IMG/VR virus record: IMGVR_UViG_3300046517_002304
Coordinates: 447,234 to 511,233 of that record
DNA: 64,000 nt
Strand: one strand, 5' to 3'
The notes under the pieces are model-generated. The model did no database searches and was not told where the DNA came from. It saw only the letters and a program-made list of their open reading frames with translations. Every line of letters begins with the position of its first letter. Within the stretch, counting starts at the first letter, position 1. Position numbers and translations under genes: made by a program. Shown one piece after another: positions 30,397 through 38,005 of the stretch.

Positions 30397-30537
30397 TTAG
30401 TATCGTTCATCTTCGTAGTCGTCGTAAGAATCTTCTTCGCACCATCCACAGGTGCACCAATATAATTCATCGCCATTATAATCATACTTGCTAGTGGCAG
30501 TAATCTGACAGTTTTTACCACAATTAGGGCAAATCAT
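30397..30537 (-). CDS. 46-aa zinc-ribbon peptide
   Basis: MICPNCG...WCTCGWC plus acidic tail; ATGA coupling. Confidence 0.6.
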   Translation of the reverse strand: MICPNCGKNCQITATSKYDYNGDELYWCTCGWCEEDSYDDYEDERY

Positions 30538-30839
30538 ATAATCTCATCTCCAGAAAACATCGGGAAATAACCAGTCATATTAAACTTGGCTCTGTGTTTT
30601 TTAAGATCCAAATTCATTTCTTCTTGGCGGTCTTTTGCATACTGTAACGCTAATTCTACCTTATTTTTAGAAAGGCGAGCAGTATATTGTTCTCTACATA
30701 ATTCTTGAACGTTCATCCCAGCCCTATGATTAAACCAAATATGCCATACTGGAACCTCAATAATATGCGGAATACCATTATTGGATTCAACTTTTATAAC
30801 CATCTGGCCAGAATCATTTTTTTCTAAGAACTGGGCCAT
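30534..30839 (-). CDS. DUF433-like HTH protein
   Basis: GIPHI..VPVW.I......GM...EL....Y...L....V..AL.Y pattern. Confidence 0.6.
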   Translation of the reverse strand: MAQFLEKNDSGQMVIKVESNNGIPHIIEVPVWHIWFNHRAGMNVQELCREQYTARLSKNKVELALQYAKDRQEEMNLDLKKHRAKFNMTGYFPMFSGDEII

Positions 30840-30844
30840 TTTGC

Positions 30845-31030
30845 TTACTTCCTATTAGCTGATTTTATAGTAATAGCAGAACATTCTTCGTCGTACCAAT
30901 GCCTCTCATTAGGACAACCACAATGCCAACCTTCTATAATTCCGTCATACCAAAATGGCTTGCAGCCATTAGATTTTGCAATTTTATAAATCAATTTATC
31001 GTGTTTGGTTTCTTCGGGCATTACTGACAA
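30845..31030 (-). CDS. Small Cys/Trp-rich hypothetical protein
   Basis: ORF in a tightly packed cluster. Confidence 0.5.
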   Translation of the reverse strand: MSVMPEETKHDKLIYKIAKSNGCKPFWYDGIIEGWHCGCPNERHWYDEECSAITIKSANRK

Positions 31031-31284
31031 TCCTCGCTAGAATTTTGCATATCCTTAACTGCACTTGCAACATCATCTAAAGATAACCCATATACATCCC
31101 AAAGACTTTCCTCTAATGTAACTAATCGCTCTAATCTTTCGCTCACACATCCAGTATGATGATATTTAACAACCCCAGGTTCATCTGAATGGCATAATGG
31201 AATGGGCCACAAATTAGGGTTTCCATGAAGACTATTACATGGCTCTCCGCAATAATAGCATGGCTCTTTATGTCCTTCGCTCAT
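31021..31284 (-). CDS. Small zinc-binding hypothetical protein
   Basis: CYYC...HTGC. Confidence 0.55.
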   Translation of the reverse strand: MSEGHKEPCYYCGEPCNSLHGNPNLWPIPLCHSDEPGVVKYHHTGCVSERLERLVTLEESLWDVYGLSLDDVASAVKDMQNSSEDCQ

Positions 31285-31574
31285 TATTTCACCTTAACAT
31301 AATTGTTATCATCAGAGCAAACGGACAAATAATGAATTTCATACTTTCCGTTTTTTCTCTTAAATTTAACCTTATACCAAGGAGTTCCATGTTCATCAAT
31401 TTCATCAATTAAAACAGGTTTGCCTCTAGCAATAATTTTATTGAACACTCTTACAGTATCTTTGTGAATACAATATCCTGGCGTACCATGTAGAACTGGC
31501 AAAGATACAATCTTAATTGTATCGCCGATTTTTAACTTTTTATTCATTACAACATCGCTCCACAAAATGGACAA
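31284..31574 (-). CDS. Small SH3-like hypothetical protein
   Basis: LKIGDTIKI beta-barrel-like start; likely begins at MNKKLK. Confidence 0.5.
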   Translation of the reverse strand: MSILWSDVVMNKKLKIGDTIKIVSLPVLHGTPGYCIHKDTVRVFNKIIARGKPVLIDEIDEHGTPWYKVKFKRKNGKYEIHYLSVCSDDNNYVKVK

Positions 31575-31768
31575 TATTTAATTTTAATAAAACTACTTCC
31601 ACCATCTAAAACAGGCATGCCCCAACGATGCTTGCCATGCCACTCAATCCTTACCTCATACTGACACGCGCTCGTAGCTCTTGCGAATCTTTCACAACAA
31701 GCAATCCAGCCGCGTTTAGGGGCCTGCGGAATACCTTCAAGGCATTTACTGCCATCAGGATGCTTCAT
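31547..31768 (-). CDS. Small zinc-binding hypothetical protein
   Basis: CC...IKYCPFCG, a common phage motif. Confidence 0.6.
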   Translation of the reverse strand: MKHPDGSKCLEGIPQAPKRGWIACCERFARATSACQYEVRIEWHGKHRWGMPVLDGGSSFIKIKYCPFCGAML

Positions 31769-31771
31769 AAA

Positions 31772-32080
31772 TCACCCAAGTATGTTCCAGTTAGAGATAA
31801 ACAAGAAGTTACCATTGTAGCCATAGACATCACCGCTGCACTCAATTTTATGACCAACTAACTGACGCAATATATCATCATGAAACGGACTTCCGCCTGG
31901 ACGACGCATCTCAATATCTCTGTTGTCAAGGTATCTACTATTTTTGATATTAGCCAAAAAAACAGCATCGCGCTCGGACTTACTGCCAATATCAACCTTT
32001 TTAAGAACAACATCTCCGCGGTACTGCATCACTGATGATGTCCATACCTCATCGGGATAATAATTACGGCTTCTTGACAT
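31772..32080 (-). CDS. Hypothetical protein
   Basis: Start moved to MSRSRNYY to limit overlap with the upstream gene. Confidence 0.5.
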   Translation of the reverse strand: MSRSRNYYPDEVWTSSVMQYRGDVVLKKVDIGSKSERDAVFLANIKNSRYLDNRDIEMRRPGGSPFHDDILRQLVGHKIECSGDVYGYNGNFLFISNWNILG

Positions 32081-32351
32081 TTTGATCATACCCCTGCTTA
32101 ACAGTTTTGAGATATGGGTACCCGGGACAGTTTCCGCCGTCGCCACAAGGCACACCAAGCATTGAAATGTCTTGGCCGTTTTTCTTGTTCTTGGCTGTGA
32201 AATCTTTTACCTTAGCATCAATAGATGCTTTTTGACCTGTTAGTTTTAAACAAACGCAGGTCGTGTAATTAATTTCGTCCAAGTACCTACAGGTCTTCGC
32301 CCCGCCGTAACGGAGACAGACATTCTTAAGCTGTTTTTCGCTAAGAGCCAT
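32064..32351 (-). CDS. Cys-containing hypothetical protein
   Basis: 95-aa ORF. Confidence 0.6.
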   Translation of the reverse strand: MALSEKQLKNVCLRYGGAKTCRYLDEINYTTCVCLKLTGQKASIDAKVKDFTAKNKKNGQDISMLGVPCGDGGNCPGYPYLKTVKQGYDQNVKKP

Positions 32352-32353
32352 GC

Positions 32354-32851
32354 TTAATTCCTTGCTTTTGCAGGGGAACCAATTTTGTCAATTGTAATTC
32401 CAAAACTATGATCAATCTCATGGGCATAAACAGCCGCAAAATCTGAGACTACCATATCAACATCTTTCAACACAATTTCATTTTTAGCAATAATTTGCTT
32501 ACCAATCACTCGGATGCTTTTATGACGAGAAACGACGTAAAACTTCAAGTTACCACTGGCATCTTTCAAAGATAAACATCCTTCATAAGATTCATACACT
32601 TCTTCGCCCACTGGCTCGTACCTACAGTTTACCCAATGCGAAAAGCCATGTAAATAGTTTTCTGAAGAAAGACTGTTTTTTATCACAAAAAGATTAAGCG
32701 GAATGCCAACTTGTGTTGCGGATAATCCAACGCCCTGCTCTTTTACGCACAAAACACTTAGCGCTGTAGCCAGCTTAAAAGCATCAACCAACTTGGTTTC
32801 ATCAACAGCTTCAGCTAACGGAATTTTATCAGGAGCAACCAGCTTATACAT
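32354..32851 (-). CDS. def: Peptide deformylase
   Basis: GVGLSATQVG, EGCLS, HEIDH motifs. Confidence 0.93.
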   Translation of the reverse strand: MYKLVAPDKIPLAEAVDETKLVDAFKLATALSVLCVKEQGVGLSATQVGIPLNLFVIKNSLSSENYLHGFSHWVNCRYEPVGEEVYESYEGCLSLKDASGNLKFYVVSRHKSIRVIGKQIIAKNEIVLKDVDMVVSDFAAVYAHEIDHSFGITIDKIGSPAKARN

Positions 32852-33233
32852 TTTTGCTTCCTAACTTGCCAACAATCTTGTCTACTCGCTCTTTAAACCA
32901 AGTGGTTAAAGCAGCAACATTCATTCCCTTTGGGATATTCAAGATCACAGTATGCATTTTATCATTTGGCAAAACTTTGTCAAGTAGATTTGCCAAAAAT
33001 AATTCAATAGCAACACCTTCTTTTTCAGCCGCAACCTTCAACTTCTGAATAACTGCATCGGCTAAAACCAATCCGTTATTCACAGCCGGGGGCAATCCGT
33101 CCATTCCACTACTGCCAACAGCCCAATTCTCCATAATGGTTTTAGCCATCACAGATGCAGGAACTGCTTCGCCAGCCTGTGCTTTAATAGCATCAAATAC
33201 TGAATCCTCTACTTTAAACCTTAACTCTTTCAT
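32844..33233 (-). CDS. Hypothetical protein, possible ribbon-helix-helix repeats
   Basis: LRFKVEDSVFDAIKAQA and LADAVIQKLKVAAEKEG resemble RHH units. Confidence 0.45.
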   Translation of the reverse strand: MKELRFKVEDSVFDAIKAQAGEAVPASVMAKTIMENWAVGSSGMDGLPPAVNNGLVLADAVIQKLKVAAEKEGVAIELFLANLLDKVLPNDKMHTVILNIPKGMNVAALTTWFKERVDKIVGKLGSKNV

Positions 33234-33475
33234 AATCGGTCCTTTTGCTTGTGCTGTGCGCGGTTTCTTTCGATCTTATCACGTTGCCGACGTTTTTCAG
33301 ATGGCTTGCAGTATCGTTCATACTTATCAATTTGATCCTTCACGCCGCCTGTCTCTGAATAGAGAGTACGAAACATCTTCATCATCTTGTCCAAGTTACG
33401 CTTCTGTTCTTCATAAGAAGCGTTCGGACTTAACCGACTAGTAATTTTAATGTTAACCACACTCATAATTTTCAC
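33230..33475 (-). CDS. rpsU: Ribosomal protein bS21 homologue
   Basis: LDKMMKMFR.....GGVKDQI..YERYCKPSEKRR matches the bS21 pattern (YEKPSxKR). Confidence 0.75.
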   Translation of the reverse strand: MKIMSVVNIKITSRLSPNASYEEQKRNLDKMMKMFRTLYSETGGVKDQIDKYERYCKPSEKRRQRDKIERNRAQHKQKDRL

Positions 33476-34611
33476 ACCTTTTCATTATTGACCTTAATAA
33501 AATTTAGACCAATCTTTCTGGTCTTTCTCTTGCGTACATTGTCGTACACTAATATATCGTCCGTCTCAACGGCAGACTTGAGATTATTTCGGTCAATAGT
33601 CGGAAGAAACTGCTTTAGCTTAATCAGAACTTGTATTAGAGCATAATTCCAATCAATTTCAATAGCATTATTGAATAAAAATGCATATTTTTTCTGGATT
33701 CCTACGGCACATAAGTCATCTAACTCATACTCTTTTGTACCAAAATACCTTTGGCGTATATCCGCACATAAATATGGAGCGCGAGCCATAATGGCAAACT
33801 TTGATAGACCTGAACAGATGTCTAGCACGCAACTGCTGGCGCGCATAGCCGAAAGCACAGATAAAGAGTTCGCCTCCGTCACATAAGCGCACTTGTCGGT
33901 AAAAATACTAGACACATCGTATGCCGATGAACTAAGCCAAACTACTGGAAAAACTCCTTCGGCAATAAGAGAATTAATTAGTGTGTGCCAAAGATGAATG
34001 CTTACAGATGCGATTTCTTCACGCCCATTACGCCATATCTTAATCTGCGGAGATGGACAAATAAAAACACTATAATTAAACTTAGATATCTTTTTAGCCA
34101 ACTCCAAAGATGGTGAAGGAATAGAAGGCAAAAAGTAATTAATTTCCTTATAATCATCAAAGAATTTTTGTGTAAGTCCATTATTGTAATAAATCGCAAA
34201 CATAGATCCATTAATTACTTCGCCAGGAAAATATCGTAATAGATTAGACTCATACACAGAAAGTGATGAAGAGTTATTCTTAAACCCATCTGCCTTTTTG
34301 AAAATCTCAGAAGCTGAAACAGAATCGGTTAATTGCCAGTATTCATTCACGCCAGCATATGGAAATAAACTAGAATTCCCTGGGTGTGAACAAAGTATAA
34401 CATACCTTGGCCTACGAATCTTCTTAATATAATTCTTTAGCAATAACGACGACAAAATAAAGGTCGCTTTGCAATCACCGAAAAAGAATATTACCAATAT
34501 GTCGCTAAGATTCGTTGGTATCTGCGACTCTTCATATTTTACTCTAGTAAACCCGGTGCGCTCTGCTGCTCTAGAAAGAAACTCGGCTGGATTAAAAATT
34601 TCAGATGTCAT
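33472..34611 (-). CDS. GT9 (heptosyltransferase)-like GT-B protein
   Basis: FFGD, W..LI..L, SAMRASSCVLDICSGLSKFAIMARAP. Confidence 0.55.
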   Translation of the reverse strand: MTSEIFNPAEFLSRAAERTGFTRVKYEESQIPTNLSDILVIFFFGDCKATFILSSLLLKNYIKKIRRPRYVILCSHPGNSSLFPYAGVNEYWQLTDSVSASEIFKKADGFKNNSSSLSVYESNLLRYFPGEVINGSMFAIYYNNGLTQKFFDDYKEINYFLPSIPSPSLELAKKISKFNYSVFICPSPQIKIWRNGREEIASVSIHLWHTLINSLIAEGVFPVVWLSSSAYDVSSIFTDKCAYVTEANSLSVLSAMRASSCVLDICSGLSKFAIMARAPYLCADIRQRYFGTKEYELDDLCAVGIQKKYAFLFNNAIEIDWNYALIQVLIKLKQFLPTIDRNNLKSAVETDDILVYDNVRKRKTRKIGLNFIKVNNEKV

Positions 34612-35726
34612 TTTGGAATTAAGAATTCATTTTGCTTGAGTAGAAACTTAATATAGTCCGGATTTTCTACTTGTCCTATAATCGGAGCAAAATTATTTTG
34701 TTCAATCTCTTGGAGCGCTTGAAGGACTAGCTCTATACATTTATCCTGTGCATAATAAGCATTCCAAAAATGCGAGATAATAATCTTACGCTTGTTATCT
34801 TTATCGGCCAAGAACATTCTATAGCCTTCTTGTCCACTAGCCGTTTTAGACAGGACTTGCTGATCTGATTCTGTAATAATGTGTGGCGTGCCCGACATCG
34901 CAGCTATTCTATGCGATGCAGTAAAAAATTGCACAGTTGCCTTAACCTGACTAGTTAAGGCAAAAGTACATTCTATATCTTTAGACTCAGGTGTTTTAGT
35001 AAAATCAATTACATCGCCAGGAGGACACGGCAAGCTCGTTTCATCTCCGGTCCATATCACATTATAGCCTTTATCTTTTATAGATTTAATTAAATTTCCA
35101 TAAAACTCAGGACTTAGGTTTCTACCATAACAAGCACGATTCCTACCGGTGACAATCACGCTATTTGACTTGATGTACTTTCTAATAGAATCCATCTTAT
35201 CTTGAGAAGGTGTCGGAGGAAAAACTGTATCTAATTTAACATCGGGTATCTTCGGATATATTTCCGTAAGAGCAATCTTTCCTAGTTCATTAGCACCAAT
35301 GACCGTTCCATGATAATCTAATAAAACTTCTAAGCGTTTTAAGTTCTTGCTGTTGTGATGAAATGCACGAGTATATTCTTTTAAATATCCATGCTCTGGA
35401 AAAATCTCTATTATTTCATCTACCAAATGTTTGTATAAATAAGAAGTTCCTGGCCAAGTCAAAACAGTAGAATATTTCCCAGCATAACGGTCCCGCATCA
35501 AAAAACTGATACAGGCTATTCCAGCGATTGTGTTAGATCCGAATTCGCCCATTAAACTAAATATTACACAATTACGCCTGCCTGGTTTAGGGCGATTATT
35601 ACACTTTATAATCTTGAAATTCATGCTGCCCAGCATTTTTTCTACTGGTGTGGGCAATCTTGAACCAACATTGTATATCTTGCCATCAACTATCGTATGT
35701 GGATATATTTTGGTCTGGAACATCAC
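34608..35726 (-). CDS. GT9 (heptosyltransferase)-like GT-B protein
   Basis: GEFG, RNLSPEFY..LI..I..KGYNVIWTG, TASHRIAAMSGTP. Confidence 0.6.
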   Translation of the reverse strand: MMFQTKIYPHTIVDGKIYNVGSRLPTPVEKMLGSMNFKIIKCNNRPKPGRRNCVIFSLMGEFGSNTIAGIACISFLMRDRYAGKYSTVLTWPGTSYLYKHLVDEIIEIFPEHGYLKEYTRAFHHNSKNLKRLEVLLDYHGTVIGANELGKIALTEIYPKIPDVKLDTVFPPTPSQDKMDSIRKYIKSNSVIVTGRNRACYGRNLSPEFYGNLIKSIKDKGYNVIWTGDETSLPCPPGDVIDFTKTPESKDIECTFALTSQVKATVQFFTASHRIAAMSGTPHIITESDQQVLSKTASGQEGYRMFLADKDNKRKIIISHFWNAYYAQDKCIELVLQALQEIEQNNFAPIIGQVENPDYIKFLLKQNEFLIPK

Positions 35727-35757
35727 AAATTAACCTAGTAATTCGTCCACAGAACTT

Positions 35758-36183
35758 CTAGCCATCTAAACAGCAATCCTTTATTTCAACTACAAATAAA
35801 CCCTTCGTTTGCTCAATTTCGGGAGGATCGTATCCATCCATTTTAGCACTGCCTTCTCGTAAATAATTTCCAATTTTATCTTTAAAGTTATTTTTGTTCG
35901 TTGTTCCGTATTGCCAGCCATTTCGGAACTTTACATTCTCATGGAGCCAATCATAAAAGTGGGCATCTGGAATATTAATATTGTCAACAAATGTTCCCGT
36001 ATAATCCATTTTTTCTTTTACACACTTTGCAATATGCTTGCCTGCTTGATCTATAAAATTTGTAGCATCTTCTTTCGATGCAAATGATGCTACAAAATCA
36101 ATATATTCAATATATGAAAAGTCATCCGCCACAGGTGAGGGATAATAAGAACAATTCGGTCTAACTACAGCAAAACAACTCAT
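35758..36183 (-). CDS. Hypothetical protein
   Basis: Coupled ORF. Confidence 0.55.
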   Translation of the reverse strand: MSCFAVVRPNCSYYPSPVADDFSYIEYIDFVASFASKEDATNFIDQAGKHIAKCVKEKMDYTGTFVDNINIPDAHFYDWLHENVKFRNGWQYGTTNKNNFKDKIGNYLREGSAKMDGYDPPEIEQTKGLFVVEIKDCCLDG

Positions 36184-36491
36184 TGAATCTTCTCCATTTC
36201 CTTAATCTGCTTGTACATGTTATATCTTTTAAACCCATCGAAAGTAGTATTCCTACGAATATCGGAATACTTGTCACTCCAAACAATTCCATATCTTATC
36301 TGCGCAATCCCACTAGCCATGCATCCATCATAATCATCTGGAATATAAACATAATCATCGCTAGCAAAAACATAACCTGCGTCTAAAACGATCTGCTTCT
36401 CCTCAAGAGATAAGGGGCGATTCATGTATTCATTAAATTCTTTAATCTCTTGTTCTGTAGGCATAACCTGCACATTACTCTCAATTTTCAT
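36180..36491 (-). CDS. Hypothetical protein
   Basis: Coupled ORF. Confidence 0.55.
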   Translation of the reverse strand: MKIESNVQVMPTEQEIKEFNEYMNRPLSLEEKQIVLDAGYVFASDDYVYIPDDYDGCMASGIAQIRYGIVWSDKYSDIRRNTTFDGFKRYNMYKQIKEMEKIQ

Positions 36492-36897
36492 AAATCAAAT
36501 TTTTTTCTTTTAAAAATGAAACAATGCTAAAATGATTGTTATCTTCAAGTGCATTACTTGCCACCTTGCCATAAACATCCACCAAAATACCATCTTTTGA
36601 TTTAGAATGCACAAACAAATTAGCACTGCTACAACTCTGAAGCACATCTGCCATAGCGTCACGGCCACCTTCTTTGACCTTTAAATATAACTTTACAAAG
36701 TACGACTTTCCATCAATCATAACAGACAAATCGTTATCAGATAAAATATTAAGATTTTCCAGCGGGTATTCTTTGCCAACATCCAATGAAGACATAACTG
36801 TAGCTGTCGGCGTATGAAAGTAATTCTTAATTCTCTCTCTTCCAAGCCATAACACTAATAAAAGCAACGCCGCTAATGCCATGAGTTCAATTTTCAT
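36481..36897 (-). CDS. Membrane-anchored protein, possibly degenerate thermonuclease OB-fold
   Basis: N-terminal TM helix; SNase-like strand pattern without the DGDT and RYGR motifs. Confidence 0.35.
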   Translation of the reverse strand: MKIELMALAALLLLVLWLGRERIKNYFHTPTATVMSSLDVGKEYPLENLNILSDNDLSVMIDGKSYFVKLYLKVKEGGRDAMADVLQSCSSANLFVHSKSKDGILVDVYGKVASNALEDNNHFSIVSFLKEKNLIYEN

Positions 36898-37424
36898 GCC
36901 TGCTTCTCCTCATGCTCATCAATAGCCTGCTTAATCTGAAGCAAGTCTTCATACCAAAGACCGTACCGAGAAATTGACTTGGAGAATACAGAGATATCAA
37001 GTTGCGCAACTTCCCAGCATACGCTTCCATCATCATTGTACTTAATGTTTGTAGAGTATTTTGTACAACCGCGTTCATCCTTTACTTTTACCTGCTTACC
37101 GTTCTCCTCTATTGTCTCGGGAAGATACTTCGGACTTATCCTTGATAAATTAAGATCTAAAAGTGCTTCGCGCTGAGCGTCATTGCATATATCAAGCCAG
37201 GCATCAGATGAAATAACAATCGCCATTTCATACTGTTCGCCAATCCATATCTTGGATAGCGGCGAAAACTTAGATACCTTACCCCAATTAAATTTATTTC
37301 TTATAAACGGCTTAGCATCACAAAAAGCCAGCGCAATCGTGGCCAACTCAAGATTTGGGTGATTCTTTAATTTAACTTCCTGAAGCTTAGCTGCTTCAAC
37401 TGGACCGGCTTTCCAAATTAACAT
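36894..37424 (-). CDS. Putative phage metallopeptidase-family protein, HExxH lost
   Basis: HP.L..A.I, GK..K, W......QREALLD(LNLSR), D...F...I.RYGLW. Confidence 0.6.
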   Translation of the reverse strand: MLIWKAGPVEAAKLQEVKLKNHPNLELATIALAFCDAKPFIRNKFNWGKVSKFSPLSKIWIGEQYEMAIVISSDAWLDICNDAQREALLDLNLSRISPKYLPETIEENGKQVKVKDERGCTKYSTNIKYNDDGSVCWEVAQLDISVFSKSISRYGLWYEDLLQIKQAIDEHEEKQA

Positions 37425-37485
37425 ATATCTCTCCTAATTGTTTTAGATAATATGTTATCGGTAGAATAAAGAAAGGAGTTTAACC

Positions 37486-37950
37486 CTAAACTCTATCGCC
37501 CATTAAATCATCACTCAAGAAATCAATCTTGGCGCGCATTTCATCAAGGAGCTTTTTAACTTCGGCTGCACTTTCCTTAGTTAAATTAGAATTTAAGGCA
37601 AATATTCCATTAGTAGAGATGTGATGTAATCTTTCAAGTACCTCAACAGAAACCTTAAGATTATGCAACGCATCTAACTTTGGACCAAAAGAAAAATCGG
37701 GAGTCGCCTTATTATCGCCGTCATTTCCAAGCGTATATGTATCAACTGGATTATCGGCCATTCCTTTAGGCTTAAAAGAAAGCCTATGAACCTTCTCTTC
37801 TGGACTATACTGATCTTTGTCATAGTAATCAACAGACTGATTGCCGAAAGCATCATTGGCTCTCTGTGTGCCATTCATTAGCTCTGCCTCCTGCTCTTCT
37901 TTAGACAGTGCCGCAGAATAAGCCTCAATCAATTCTCTCATAGATTCCAT
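37486..37950 (-). CDS. Late acidic hypothetical protein
   Basis: TAAATA (37969-37974) and GGAGG RBS upstream. Confidence 0.65.
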   Translation of the reverse strand: MESMRELIEAYSAALSKEEQEAELMNGTQRANDAFGNQSVDYYDKDQYSPEEKVHRLSFKPKGMADNPVDTYTLGNDGDNKATPDFSFGPKLDALHNLKVSVEVLERLHHISTNGIFALNSNLTKESAAEVKKLLDEMRAKIDFLSDDLMGDRV

Positions 37951-38005
37951 ATAGATTTTCCTCCATATTATTTATGCCGCCCACAACAAAAACCGATAAA
38001 CTAAC

